64,000 nt of DNA from Escherichia coli (GTDB taxonomy: Bacteria > Pseudomonadota > Gammaproteobacteria > Enterobacterales > Enterobacteriaceae), in assembly GCF_016903815.1 (NCBI RefSeq), contig NZ_CP069973.1; one strand, 5' to 3'. The notes beneath the pieces were generated by a model, which ran no database searches, was not told where the DNA came from, and saw nothing but the letters and a program-made list of their open reading frames with translations. Of this stretch, positions 1 through 12,380 are shown piece after piece. Position numbers and translations under genes: made by a program. Position 1 is the first letter of the stretch. Every line of letters begins with the position of its first letter.

Positions 1-88
1 GCCTCCCCCCCGTTGATGGGTAAAATAGCCGCAATTTTTCGTTTTCAACAAGCGCGGCGCGATGCCGCTTACTCAAGAAGAAAGAATT

Positions 89-1678
89 ATGACGTTGTCT
101 CCTTATTTGCAAGAGGTGGCGAAGCGCCGCACTTTTGCCATTATTTCTCACCCGGACGCCGGTAAAACAACCATCACCGAGAAGGTGCTGCTGTTCGGAC
201 AGGCCATTCAGACCGCCGGTACAGTAAAAGGCCGTGGCTCTAACCAGCACGCTAAGTCGGACTGGATGGAGATGGAAAAGCAGCGTGGGATCTCCATTAC
301 CACGTCTGTGATGCAGTTTCCGTATCACGACTGCCTGGTTAACCTGCTCGACACCCCGGGGCACGAAGACTTCTCGGAAGATACCTATCGTACCCTGACG
401 GCGGTGGACTGCTGCCTGATGGTTATCGACGCTGCAAAAGGTGTTGAAGATCGTACCCGTAAGCTGATGGAAGTTACCCGTCTGCGCGACACGCCGATCC
501 TCACCTTTATGAACAAACTTGACCGTGATATCCGCGACCCGATGGAGCTGCTCGATGAAGTTGAGAACGAGCTGAAAATCGGCTGCGCACCGATCACCTG
601 GCCGATTGGCTGCGGCAAGCTGTTTAAAGGCGTTTACCACCTTTATAAAGATGAAACCTATCTCTATCAGAGCGGTAAAGGCCACACGATTCAGGAAGTC
701 CGCATTGTTAAAGGGCTGAATAACCCGGATCTCGATGCTGCGGTTGGTGAAGATCTGGCGCAGCAGCTGCGTGACGAACTGGAACTGGTGAAAGGCGCGT
801 CTAACGAGTTCGACAAAGAATTATTCCTTGCGGGCGAAATCACTCCGGTATTCTTCGGTACTGCGCTAGGTAACTTCGGCGTCGATCATATGTTGGATGG
901 CTTGGTGGAGTGGGCACCTGCGCCGATGCCGCGTCAGACCGATACCCGTACTGTAGAAGCGAGCGAAGACAAATTTACCGGCTTCGTATTTAAAATTCAG
1001 GCCAACATGGACCCGAAACACCGCGACCGCGTGGCGTTTATGCGCGTGGTATCCGGTAAATATGAAAAAGGCATGAAGCTGCGCCAGGTGCGCACCGCGA
1101 AAGATGTGGTGATCTCCGACGCGCTGACCTTTATGGCGGGCGACCGTTCGCACGTTGAAGAAGCGTATCCGGGCGATATCCTCGGCCTGCACAACCACGG
1201 CACTATTCAGATCGGTGACACCTTTACCCAGGGTGAGATGATGAAGTTCACCGGTATTCCGAACTTCGCGCCGGAACTGTTCCGTCGTATCCGCCTGAAA
1301 GATCCGCTGAAGCAAAAACAGCTGCTCAAAGGGCTGGTACAGCTTTCCGAAGAGGGTGCGGTGCAGGTGTTCCGTCCGATCTCCAACAACGATCTGATCG
1401 TTGGTGCGGTTGGTGTGCTGCAGTTTGATGTGGTGGTAGCGCGTCTGAAGAGCGAATACAACGTTGAAGCAGTGTATGAGTCAGTCAACGTTGCCACTGC
1501 CCGCTGGGTAGAATGTGCGGACGCGAAGAAATTCGAAGAGTTCAAGCGTAAGAACGAAAGCCAACTGGCGCTTGATGGCGGCGATAACCTCGCTTACATC
1601 GCTACCAGCATGGTCAACCTGCGCCTGGCGCAGGAACGTTATCCGGACGTTCAGTTCCACCAGACCCGCGAGCATTAA
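89..1678 (+). CDS. prfC: peptide chain release factor 3 (GTPase)
   Basis: ORF 62..1678; start moved to ATG 89 to give the 529-aa product beginning [14 protein letters not shown]; GTP-binding motif [12 protein letters not shown]. Confidence 0.95.
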
Positions 1679-2070
1679 TTCTTGCCTCCAGGGCGCGGTA
1701 GCCGCTGCGCCCTGTCAATTTCCCTTCCTTATTAGCCGCTTACGGAATGTTCTTAAAACATTCACTTTTGCTTATGTTTTCGCTGATATCCCGAGCGGTT
1801 TCAAAATTGTGATCTATATTTAACAAAGTAATGACATTTCTGACGGCGTTAAATACCGTTCAATGCGTAGATATCAGTATCTAAAGCCGTCGATTGTCAT
1901 TCTACCGATATTAATAACTGATTCAGAGGCTGTAATGGTCGTTATTCATCACCCATCGCTTTTGTGATGGCGACCATTGACTTCTGTAGAGGGTGAAGTC
2001 TCTCCCTATTCAGCAATGCAACCTCGTGTTGCCAGGCTCAAATTACGAGCAAACATACAGGAATAAATCG

Positions 2071-2676
2071 ATGACTATGACAAGACTGAAGATTTCGAAA
2101 ACTCTGCTGGCTGTAATGTTGACCTCTGCCGTCGCGACCGGCTCTGCCTACGCAGAAAACAACGCGCAGACTACCAATGAAAGCGCAGGGCAAAAAGTCG
2201 ATAGCTCTATGAATAAAGTCGGTAATTTCATGGATGACAGCGCCATCACCGCGAAAGTGAAGGCGGCGCTGGTGGATCATGACAACATTAAGAGCACCGA
2301 TATCTCTGTCAAAACCGATCAAAAAGTCGTGACCCTGAGCGGTTTCGTTGAAAGCCAGGCTCAGGCCGAAGAGGCAGTGAAAGTGGCGAAAGGCGTTGAA
2401 GGGGTGACCTCTGTCAGCGACAAACTGCACGTTCGCGACGCTAAAGAAGGCTCGGTGAAGGGCTACGCGGGTGACACCGCCACCACCAGTGAAATCAAAG
2501 CCAAACTGCTGGCGGACGATATCGTCCCTTCCCGTCATGTGAAAGTTGAAACCACCGACGGCGTGGTTCAGCTCTCCGGTACCGTCGATTCCCAGGCACA
2601 GAGCGACCGTGCTGAAAGTATCGCCAAAGCGGTAGATGGTGTGAAAAGCGTTAAAAATGATCTCAAAACTAAGTAA
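2071..2676 (+). CDS. osmY: osmotically inducible periplasmic protein OsmY (two BON domains)
   Basis: ORF 1993..2676; internal ATG 2071 gives 201 aa starting [28 protein letters not shown] (signal peptide). Confidence 0.93.
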
Positions 2677-2802
2677 TTCGTCGTAATTCGTCCTCCCGAA
2701 CTTTGTCGGGAGGCGCGATGTGCACCACACTAAAAATATCGCATTGTGTGATTTTCACGCTCATATCAAGCGGTGACATTAACTATGGTAAAGGAGACGC
2801 TT

Positions 2803-2964
2803 ATGTTTCGTTGGGGCATCATATTTCTGGTTATCGCGTTAATCGCCGCCGCACTTGGGTTTGGTGGTCTGGCCGGTACCGCTGCAGGCGCAGCTAAAAT
2901 TGTCTTTGTCGTCGGGATTATTCTGTTCCTGGTGAGTTTGTTCATGGGCCGAAAACGACCCTAG
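2803..2964 (+). CDS. ytjA: small membrane protein (UPF0391 family)
   Basis: 53-aa hydrophobic product [22 protein letters not shown]... from ATG 2803 within ORF 2773..2964. Confidence 0.8.
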
Positions 2965-3085
2965 ATTTCAGACCATTAAGAAAATTTTATCCAAAGCCAG
3001 TCCAGCGGACTGGCTTTTGTGGTTTTAGCGAATAATAAATTGCGTTACTTTGTCATTCTTTCACAACAAAAACAGGAAGGCAGAG

Positions 3086-4159
3086 GTGGGGCAGCGAATA
3101 CCTGTAACGCTTGGTAATATTGCGCCGTTGTCGCTAAGGCCGTTCCAGCCTGGACGAATAGCTCTGGTGTGCGAAGGCGGCGGACAGCGTGGAATTTTCA
3201 CGGCTGGCGTGCTGGATGAGTTTATGCGCGCGCAGTTTAATCCTTTCGATCTTTATCTCGGCACATCTGCCGGGGCGCAGAACCTCTCGGCGTATATCTG
3301 CAATCAGCCCGGTTACGCGCGCAAAGTCATCATGCGCTATACCACAAAACGCGAATTTTTCGATCCATTGCGCTTTGTCCGTGGAGGAAATCTTATCGAT
3401 CTCGACTGGCTGGTGGAGGCCACTGCAAGCCAGATGCCGTTGCAAATGGATACCGCCGCGCGGTTGTTTGACAGCGGCAAATCGTTTTATATGTGCGCCT
3501 GTCGTCAGGATGACTATGCGCCGAATTACTTTTTACCAACCAAACAAAACTGGCTGGATGTGATTCGCGCCTCCAGTGCGATACCTGGCTTTTATCGTAG
3601 CGGAGTGTCGCTGGAAGGCATTAACTACCTGGATGGCGGGATCAGTGATGCGATTCCGGTTAAAGAGGCGGCAAGGCAGGGAGCAAAAACCTTGGTCGTC
3701 ATCCGCACCGTGCCGTCGCAAATGTACTACACGCCGCAGTGGTTCAAACGCATGGAACGCTGGCTGGGTGACAGTAGCCTGCAGCCGCTGGTCAATCTGG
3801 TGCAGCATCATGAAACCAGCTATCGTGACATTCAGCAATTTATTGAGAAACCACCGGGCAAACTGCGGATATTCGAAATTTATCCGCCGAAGCCATTGCA
3901 TAGTATCGCGCTTGGCAGTCGGATTCCGGCGCTGCGTGAAGACTATAAACTTGGGCGTTTATGCGGTCGTTATTTCCTGGCAACGGTTGGCAAGCTATTA
4001 ACTGAAAAAGCGCCGCTAACCCGCCATCTGGTGCCAGTGGTGACGCCGGAATCGATTGTCATTCCGCCTGCGCCAGTCGCCAACGATACGCTGGTTGCCG
4101 AAGTGAGCGACGCTCCGCAGGCGAACGACCCGACATTTAACAATGAGGATCTGGCTTGA
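3086..4159 (+). CDS. yjjU: patatin-like phospholipase family protein
   Basis: ORF 3050..4159; GTG 3086 gives 357 aa; patatin motifs GGGQRG and GTSAG. Confidence 0.85.
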   Translation: MGQRIPVTLGNIAPLSLRPFQPGRIALVCEGGGQRGIFTAGVLDEFMRAQFNPFDLYLGTSAGAQNLSAYICNQPGYARKVIMRYTTKREFFDPLRFVRGGNLIDLDWLVEATASQMPLQMDTAARLFDSGKSFYMCACRQDDYAPNYFLPTKQNWLDVIRASSAIPGFYRSGVSLEGINYLDGGISDAIPVKEAARQGAKTLVVIRTVPSQMYYTPQWFKRMERWLGDSSLQPLVNLVQHHETSYRDIQQFIEKPPGKLRIFEIYPPKPLHSIALGSRIPALREDYKLGRLCGRYFLATVGKLLTEKAPLTRHLVPVVTPESIVIPPAPVANDTLVAEVSDAPQANDPTFNNEDLA

Positions 4160-4935
4160 TTTGCCGTTTTATCGATACCCACTGCCATTTTGATTTCCCG
4201 CCGTTTAGCGGCGATGAAGAGGCCAGCCTGCAACGCGCAGCACAAGCGGGCGTAGGCAAGATCATTGTTCCGGCGACAGAGGCGGAAAATTTTGCCCGCG
4301 TGCAGGCGTTAGCGGAAAAATATCAACCGCTGTATGGCGCGTTAGGGTTGCATCCGGGGATGTTAGAAAAACATAGCGATGCATCGCTGGAGCAGTTACA
4401 GCAGGCGCTGGAAAGGCATCCGGCGAAGGTGGTGGCGGTGGGGGAGATCGGCCTGGATCTCTTTGGCGACGATCCGCAATTTGAGAGGCAGCAGTGGTTA
4501 CTCGACGAACAACTGAAACTGGCGAAACGCTACGATCTGCCGGTGATCCTGCATTCACGGCGCACGCACGACAAACTGGCGATGCATCTTAAACGCCACG
4601 ATTTGCCGCGTACTGGCGTGGTTCACGGTTTTTCCGGCAGCCTGCAACAGGCTGAACGGTTTGTACAGCTGGGCTACAAAATTGGCGTAGGCGGCACTAT
4701 CACCTATCCACGCGCCAGTAAAACCCGCGATGTCATCGCAAAATTACCGCTGGCATCGTTGTTGCTGGAAACCGACGCGCCGGATATGCCGCTCAACGGT
4801 TTTCAGGGGCAGCCTAACCGCCCGGAACAGGCCGCGCGGGTGTTTGCTGTGCTTTGTGAGTTACGCTTGGAACCCGCAGATGAAATTGCCGAAGTGTTGC
4901 TTAATAACACGTATACGTTGTTTAACGTGCTGTAG
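4156..4935 (+). CDS. yjjV: TatD-family metal-dependent hydrolase
   Basis: 259-aa ORF with TTG start; HxH motif (DTHCHFDF); overlaps yjjU stop by 4 nt. Confidence 0.88.
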   Translation: MICRFIDTHCHFDFPPFSGDEEASLQRAAQAGVGKIIVPATEAENFARVQALAEKYQPLYGALGLHPGMLEKHSDASLEQLQQALERHPAKVVAVGEIGLDLFGDDPQFERQQWLLDEQLKLAKRYDLPVILHSRRTHDKLAMHLKRHDLPRTGVVHGFSGSLQQAERFVQLGYKIGVGGTITYPRASKTRDVIAKLPLASLLLETDAPDMPLNGFQGQPNRPEQAARVFAVLCELRLEPADEIAEVLLNNTYTLFNVL

Positions 4936-5050
4936 GCCGGATAAGGCGTTCACGCCGCATCCGGCAGTTGGCGCACAATGCCTGATGCGACGCTTGACGC
5001 GTCTTATCATGCCTACAAGTCTGTGCCGAACTGTAGGCCACATCCGGCAT
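4936..5050. repeat. REP/BIME cluster (about three palindromic units) between convergent yjjV and yjjW
   Basis: GCCGGATAAGGCGTTCACGCCGCATCCGGC and related palindromes read directly in the sequence. Confidence 0.8.
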
Positions 5051-5051
5051 G

Positions 5052-5915
5052 TCACAAATACAGCGCCGGAAATATCAACCGGCTCACCCCGCGCACCTTT
5101 AACGCATCAGCCAACGGCTCAACGTCTTCCGGCGTGGCGCTCGCCCAGCTTTGGGCCTCGCCATACACGCCGTGGGCATGAAACGCGTTCAGGCGTACCG
5201 GAACATCGCCAAGTCCCTTGATAAACGCCGCCAGTTCTTCGATGTGTTGCAAATAATCCACCTGGCCAGGGATTACCAGCAAACGCAGTTCCGCCAGCTT
5301 GCCGCGCTCTGCCAGCAAATAGATGCTGCGCTTAATCTGCTGATTATCGCGTCCGGTTAACTGTTGATGACATTCGCTACCCCACGCTTTGAGATCGAGC
5401 ATCGCGCCGTCGCACACCGGGAGCAATTTTTCCCAGCCGGTTTCGCTCAACATACCGTTACTGTCCACCAGACAGGTGAGATGGCACAGTTGCGGATCAT
5501 TTTTGATAGCAGTAAACAGCGCCACCACAAACGGTAGCTGGGTCGTGGCTTCGCCGCCGCTTACCGTTATCCCTTCGATAAACAGCACTGCTTTGCGGAT
5601 ATGGCTAAGCACCTCATCCACGCTCATGGACTGCGCCATTGGCGTGGCATGTTGCGGACACATCTTCAGGCAGGTATCACATTGCTCGCAGACCACAGCG
5701 TTCCACACCACTTTGCCGTCAACAATCTGCAACGCCTGATGCGGACACTGTGGCACGCACTCCCCGCAATCATTGCAACGTCCCATCGTCCACGGATTGT
5801 GACAGTTTTTGCAGCGCAGATTGCAGCCCTGCAAAAACAGAGCCAGACGACTGCCTGGCCCGTCAACGCAGGAGAAGGGGATAATCTTACTGACTAAAGC
5901 GCATCTGCTGTTCAT
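5052..5915 (-). CDS. yjjW: glycyl-radical enzyme activating protein (radical SAM)
   Basis: 287-aa ORF; CxxxCxxC cluster ([24 protein letters not shown]) plus ferredoxin-like Cys motifs. Confidence 0.9.
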   Translation of the reverse strand: MNSRCALVSKIIPFSCVDGPGSRLALFLQGCNLRCKNCHNPWTMGRCNDCGECVPQCPHQALQIVDGKVVWNAVVCEQCDTCLKMCPQHATPMAQSMSVDEVLSHIRKAVLFIEGITVSGGEATTQLPFVVALFTAIKNDPQLCHLTCLVDSNGMLSETGWEKLLPVCDGAMLDLKAWGSECHQQLTGRDNQQIKRSIYLLAERGKLAELRLLVIPGQVDYLQHIEELAAFIKGLGDVPVRLNAFHAHGVYGEAQSWASATPEDVEPLADALKVRGVSRLIFPALYL

Positions 5916-7437
5916 GGCTTATCACGCGCGGCTGGCGTTCCAGAATACGAGTGTTACGTGCGGCTTCTTCTCCCAGCCAGGTGGTGTTGGTACGTGAGCC
6001 TTCGGCACGATATTTTTCCAGATCCGACAAACGCACCATATAACCAGTAACGCGAACCAGGTCGTTACCGCTGATATTGGCGGTAAATTCACGCATTCCG
6101 GCTTTAAAGGCACCGAGGCAAAGCTGTACCAGCGCCTGCGGATTACGTTTGATGGTTTCGTCGAGCGTCAGAATGTCGCTGATGCCGGAATAATAATAAG
6201 CATGATGCGGGGCGACGGTTTGCAGATGGGTGATCGGATCTGGCTCATCACCATACGGCAAACGTGCGCCCGGCGTGGTGCCGATATCGGAACTTATCCC
6301 CGACTGTGCGTGTAACATGGCGCGTTTTTGCCAGCCATATTTCACGGGGGTATTGGCGACAAACTCCGCCAGTTGCGCGCTGATGCGATAACCCACTTCA
6401 TTTGCGGCGGCCTCTTTACCGTAGCGCGCGGCAATCCCCTCTTTTTCACACAGCAAGTTAACCGCTTCCGCCAGCCCATACATGCCAAACATTGGCACAA
6501 AACGTTCAGGGTTAATCAGCCCTTCTTTCACCAGGAAGCTATTCTCAAAGAAGTGTGATTGTTGATAGAGGAATTCACACCGCGCATCGATGATGGCGAT
6601 CTGCTGCTGGCAGTAGTGCGGTAGAGTGCGCGTAAAGAAGTCTTCCAGCGATTCGCTGCGCTCGGCAATGGCTTTCAGGTTAAGGCGTACCAGCGTGCTG
6701 CCACCACCCGCCAGCGGCAGTGAGTTGTAACAGCTCACAATCCCGTAGCCCCCTTTTGTGAAAATTTTATCATGCACCGGACCGTTGGCGATGTGCGGTT
6801 TGCTACATTCACAGATGTTCTTCGCCACTTCCAGCAGTAGGTCATCAGGGGTGATTTCAGGATCGTAGATAAAGGTCAGGTTCGGTGAAACCTGCTTCAA
6901 CTCTGCGTCTGCACGTAAGATCGCGCGGGTAATGGGCGAATCAGACGGGCCGATATTGGCGTGCATAAAGGCGTCTGGCAGGGTTCTGTCGAGGTAACGC
7001 CAGAAACGTTTTATTCGAATATCGATCTCGTCTTGTGTTAGAATTCTAACATACGGTTGCAACAACGCATCCAGTTGCCCCAGGTAGACCGGCATCGATG
7101 TGACCGACGGTACGTGGTGGTAAAGAATGGTCAGCAGAGAGAGTGCGTCATCAAGATCTTTCGCGCCTTCCAGCTCCAGCCATTCGGAACCGTTCGCCAG
7201 AAAACGGGCGTAATCGGGTAAGACATAGCGCGGTTTGTACGGCGCATGACCTTCAAACATATCGCAGATTACACCCTCATCCAGCGCGTGGCGGGCTTCG
7301 GCAGGAAGCTGCGGATAAGGCAGATTGTTTTCTGCTTCCAGCGCCAGAAAATGGCGCTTCTGCTCCGGGCTAAGCACCGGGCTGGTGACAATTTGCTGGC
7401 AACGTTGTTGCAGTGCATTTTCATGAGAAGTGGGCAT
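5887..7437 (-). CDS. yjjI: glycine-radical-enzyme-like protein of unknown function (DUF3029)
   Basis: 516-aa ORF matching remembered YjjI; overlaps yjjW start by 29 nt. Confidence 0.88.
   Translation of the reverse strand: MPTSHENALQQRCQQIVTSPVLSPEQKRHFLALEAENNLPYPQLPAEARHALDEGVICDMFEGHAPYKPRYVLPDYARFLANGSEWLELEGAKDLDDALSLLTILYHHVPSVTSMPVYLGQLDALLQPYVRILTQDEIDIRIKRFWRYLDRTLPDAFMHANIGPSDSPITRAILRADAELKQVSPNLTFIYDPEITPDDLLLEVAKNICECSKPHIANGPVHDKIFTKGGYGIVSCYNSLPLAGGGSTLVRLNLKAIAERSESLEDFFTRTLPHYCQQQIAIIDARCEFLYQQSHFFENSFLVKEGLINPERFVPMFGMYGLAEAVNLLCEKEGIAARYGKEAAANEVGYRISAQLAEFVANTPVKYGWQKRAMLHAQSGISSDIGTTPGARLPYGDEPDPITHLQTVAPHHAYYYSGISDILTLDETIKRNPQALVQLCLGAFKAGMREFTANISGNDLVRVTGYMVRLSDLEKYRAEGSRTNTTWLGEEAARNTRILERQPRVISHEQQMRFSQ
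6757..6772. promoter_or_regulatory. putative DeoR operator OE (TGTGAAAATTTTATCA)
   Basis: imperfect palindrome exactly 279 bp upstream of O1, the spacing I recall for the deo operators. Confidence 0.5.
7036..7051. promoter_or_regulatory. DeoR operator O1 (TGTTAGAATTCTAACA, perfect palindrome) at deoP1
   Basis: perfect 16-bp palindrome, 599 bp upstream of a second copy. Confidence 0.75.
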
Positions 7438-7634
7438 CTTCTTTTCCTTTTATGCCGAAGGTGATGCGCCATTGTAAGAAGTTTCGTGAAGTTCACTTTG
7501 ATCCTGATGCGTTTGCCACCACTGACGCATTCATTTGAAAGTGAATTATTTGAACCAGATCGCATTACAGTGATGCAAACTTGTAAGTAGATTTCCTTAA
7601 TTGTGATGTATATCGAAGTGTGTTGCGGAGTAGA

Positions 7635-7650
7635 TGTTAGAATACTAACA
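7635..7650. promoter_or_regulatory. DeoR operator O2 (TGTTAGAATACTAACA) at deoP2
   Basis: 16-bp near-palindrome about 45 bp upstream of the deoC start codon. Confidence 0.75.
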
Positions 7651-7694
7651 AACTCGCAAGGTGAATTTTATTGGCGACAAGCCAGGAGAATGAA

Positions 7695-8474
7695 ATGACT
7701 GATCTGAAAGCAAGCAGCCTGCGTGCACTGAAATTGATGGACCTGACCACCCTGAATGACGACGACACCGACGAGAAAGTGATCGCCCTGTGTCATCAGG
7801 CCAAAACTCCGGTCGGCAATACCGCCGCTATCTGTATCTATCCTCGCTTTATCCCAATTGCTCGCAAAACGCTGAAAGAGCAGGGTACCCCGGAAATCCG
7901 TATCGCTACGGTAACCAACTTCCCACACGGTAACGACGACATCGAAATCGCGCTGGCAGAAACCCGTGCGGCAATCGCCTACGGTGCTGATGAAGTTGAC
8001 GTTGTGTTCCCGTACCGCGCGCTGATGGCGGGTAACGAGCAGGTTGGTTTTGACCTGGTGAAAGCCTGTAAAGAGGCTTGCGCGGCAGCGAATGTACTGC
8101 TGAAAGTGATCATCGAAACCGGCGAACTAAAAGACGAAGCGCTGATCCGCAAAGCGTCTGAAATCTCTATCAAAGCGGGTGCTGACTTCATCAAAACCTC
8201 TACCGGTAAAGTGGCAGTGAACGCGACGCCGGAAAGCGCGCGCATCATGATGGAAGTGATCCGTGATATGGGCGTAGAAAAAACCGTTGGTTTCAAACCG
8301 GCGGGCGGCGTGCGTACTGCGGAAGATGCGCAGAAATATCTCGCCATCGCCGATGAACTGTTCGGCGCTGACTGGGCCGATGCGCGTCACTACCGCTTTG
8401 GCGCTTCCAGCCTGCTGGCAAGCCTGCTGAAGGCTCTGGGCCACGGCGACGGTAAGAGCGCCAGCAGCTACTAA
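7695..8474 (+). CDS. deoC: deoxyribose-phosphate aldolase
   Basis: 259 aa from ATG 7695 ([24 protein letters not shown]...). Confidence 0.95.
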
Positions 8475-8551
8475 GGCTTGATTTGCCGGATGACGCAGCG
8501 ATGCTCATCCGGTTCCCCGATTACCTCGTCTCTTTTCCACGGGAGGTTACC

Positions 8552-9874
8552 TTGTTTCTCGCACAAGAAATTATTCGTAAAAAACGTGATGGTCATGCGC
8601 TGAGCGATGAAGAAATTCGTTTCTTTATCAACGGTATTCGCGACAACACTATCTCCGAAGGGCAGATTGCCGCCCTCGCGATGACCATTTTCTTCCACGA
8701 TATGACAATGCCTGAGCGTGTCTCGCTGACCATGGCGATGCGAGATTCAGGAACCGTTCTCGACTGGAAAAGCCTGCATCTGAATGGCCCGATTGTTGAT
8801 AAACACTCGACCGGCGGCGTCGGCGATGTGACTTCGCTGATGTTGGGGCCGATGGTCGCAGCCTGCGGCGGCTATATTCCGATGATCTCCGGTCGCGGCC
8901 TCGGTCATACTGGCGGTACGCTCGACAAACTGGAATCCATCCCTGGCTTCGACATTTTCCCGGATGACAACCGTTTCCGCGAAATTATTAAAGACGTCGG
9001 CGTGGCGATTATCGGTCAGACCAGCTCACTGGCTCCGGCGGATAAACGTTTCTACGCGACCCGTGATATTACCGCAACCGTGGACTCCATCCCGCTGATC
9101 ACTGCCTCGATCCTGGCGAAGAAACTGGCGGAAGGTCTGGATGCGCTGGTGATGGACGTGAAAGTGGGTAGCGGTGCATTTATGCCGACCTACGAACTTT
9201 CTGAAGCCCTTGCCGAAGCGATTGTTGGCGTAGCTAACGGCGCGGGCGTGCGTACCACCGCGCTGCTCACCGATATGAATCAGGTACTGGCCTCCAGTGC
9301 AGGTAACGCGGTTGAAGTTCGTGAAGCGGTGCAGTTCCTGACGGGTGAGTATCGTAACCCGCGTCTGTTTGATGTCACGATGGCGCTGTGCGTAGAGATG
9401 CTTATCTCCGGCAAACTGGCGAAAGATGACGCCGAAGCGCGCGCGAAATTGCAGGCGGTGCTGGACAACGGTAAAGCGGCAGAAGTCTTTGGTCGTATGG
9501 TAGCGGCACAAAAAGGCCCAACCGACTTCGTTGAGAACTACGCGAAGTATCTGCCGACAGCGATGCTGACGAAAGCAGTCTATGCTGATACCGAAGGTTT
9601 TGTCAGTGAAATGGATACCCGTGCGCTGGGGATGGCAGTGGTTGCAATGGGCGGCGGACGCCGTCAGGCATCTGACACCATCGATTACAGCGTCGGCTTT
9701 ACTGATATGGCGCGTTTGGGCGACCAGGTAGACGGTCAGCGTCCACTGGCGGTTATCCACGCGAAAGACGAAAACAGCTGGCAGGAAGCGGCGAAAGCGG
9801 TGAAAGCGGCAATTAAACTTGCCGATAAAGCACCGGAAAGCACACCAACTGTCTATCGTCGTATCAGTGAATAA
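8552..9874 (+). CDS. deoA: thymidine phosphorylase
   Basis: 440 aa from TTG 8552 ([15 protein letters not shown]...). Confidence 0.93.
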
Positions 9875-9904
9875 CGGTATACTGATCTGATCATTTAAAT
9901 TTGA

Positions 9905-11149
<1,245 letters not shown>

Positions 11150-11205
11150 TGGATTTGGGCGGAGCGTTGACTCCGCCTTTGTTATGTCACAAAAAGGATA
11201 AAACA

Positions 11206-11925
11206 ATGGCTACCCCACACATTAATGCAGAAATGGGCGATTTCGCTGACGTAGTTTTGATGCCAGGCGACCCGCTGCGTGCGAAGTATATTGCTGAAAC
11301 TTTCCTTGAAGATGCCCGTGAAGTGAATAACGTTCGCGGTATGCTGGGCTTCACCGGTACTTACAAAGGCCGCAAAATTTCCGTAATGGGTCACGGTATG
11401 GGTATCCCGTCCTGCTCCATCTACACCAAAGAACTGATCACCGATTTCGGCGTGAAGAAAATTATCCGCGTAGGCTCCTGTGGCGCTGTTCTGCCACACG
11501 TAAAACTGCGCGACGTCGTTATCGGTATGGGTGCCTGCACCGATTCCAAAGTTAACCGCATCCGTTTTAAAGACCATGACTTTGCCGCTATCGCTGACTT
11601 TGACATGGTGCGTAACGCAGTAGATGCAGCTAAAGCACTGGGCATTGATGCTCGCGTTGGTAACCTGTTCTCCGCTGACCTGTTCTACTCTCCGGACGGC
11701 GAAATGTTCGACGTGATGGAAAAATACGGCATCCTCGGCGTGGAAATGGAAGCGGCTGGTATCTACGGCGTCGCTGCAGAATTTGGCGCGAAAGCCCTGA
11801 CCATCTGCACCGTGTCTGACCACATCCGTACTCACGAGCAGACCACTGCCGCTGAGCGTCAGACCACCTTCAACGACATGATCAAAATCGCACTGGAATC
11901 CGTTCTGCTGGGCGATAAAGAGTAA
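11206..11925 (+). CDS. deoD: purine nucleoside phosphorylase
   Basis: 239 aa from ATG 11206 ([28 protein letters not shown]...). Confidence 0.95.
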
Positions 11926-11958
11926 TTGTGTTTTGCTGAAAGGCGATTGCCTTGTGAA

Positions 11959-11987
11959 GCCGGAGCGGGAGACTGCTCCGGCTTTTT
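11959..11987 (+). terminator. rho-independent terminator of the deo operon
   Basis: GCCGGAGCGGGAGACTGCTCCGGC hairpin followed by TTTTT. Confidence 0.8.
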
Positions 11988-12085
11988 AGTATCTATTCAT
12001 CAATAGCAACTGATTTATAGATTTACTATTATTTTTCATATGGATAGAAAATAAAATCCATTCAAGTATCTATTCACGAATCTAT

Positions 12086-12349
12086 TCATTTATGTTCAGC
12101 CGTCATCCAGGAAGGGCATATCAGCAACTCTGGTGGACAACCATAAATTTCTGCCATTTTGCTTTTGATGTTTGAGCTAAGCCGTTCCGTCTTTTCGATC
12201 TGTTTTAGAGAATTAATCGAGATACCTAACATTTTACTTACTTCAGCAAGCGATAATTTATGCCTGATACGCACGGCGGCTAGCCAGGAAATACGCTGGC
12301 TGAACATTAAATTGATAATCTCCCGTTCCTGGTTTTCCAGATCGATCAT
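12086..12349 (-). CDS. small XRE-type helix-turn-helix protein (87 aa); possibly the HTH remnant of yjjJ
   Basis: ORF with strong RBS (AGGGAAGGAAAT-ATG); HTH-like segment LSLAEVSKMLGISINSLKQIEK; 31 bp downstream of lplA on the same strand. Confidence 0.55.
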   Translation of the reverse strand: MIDLENQEREIINLMFSQRISWLAAVRIRHKLSLAEVSKMLGISINSLKQIEKTERLSSNIKSKMAEIYGCPPELLICPSWMTAEHK

Positions 12350-12380
12350 ATTTCCTTCCCTGGATATTTTAATCAGCGAG

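Noticed and set aside
4262-4558. 98-aa proline-rich antisense ORF inside yjjV
   Set aside because: Antisense to a conserved gene with a poly-proline low-complexity product; an artefact of GC-rich coding sequence.
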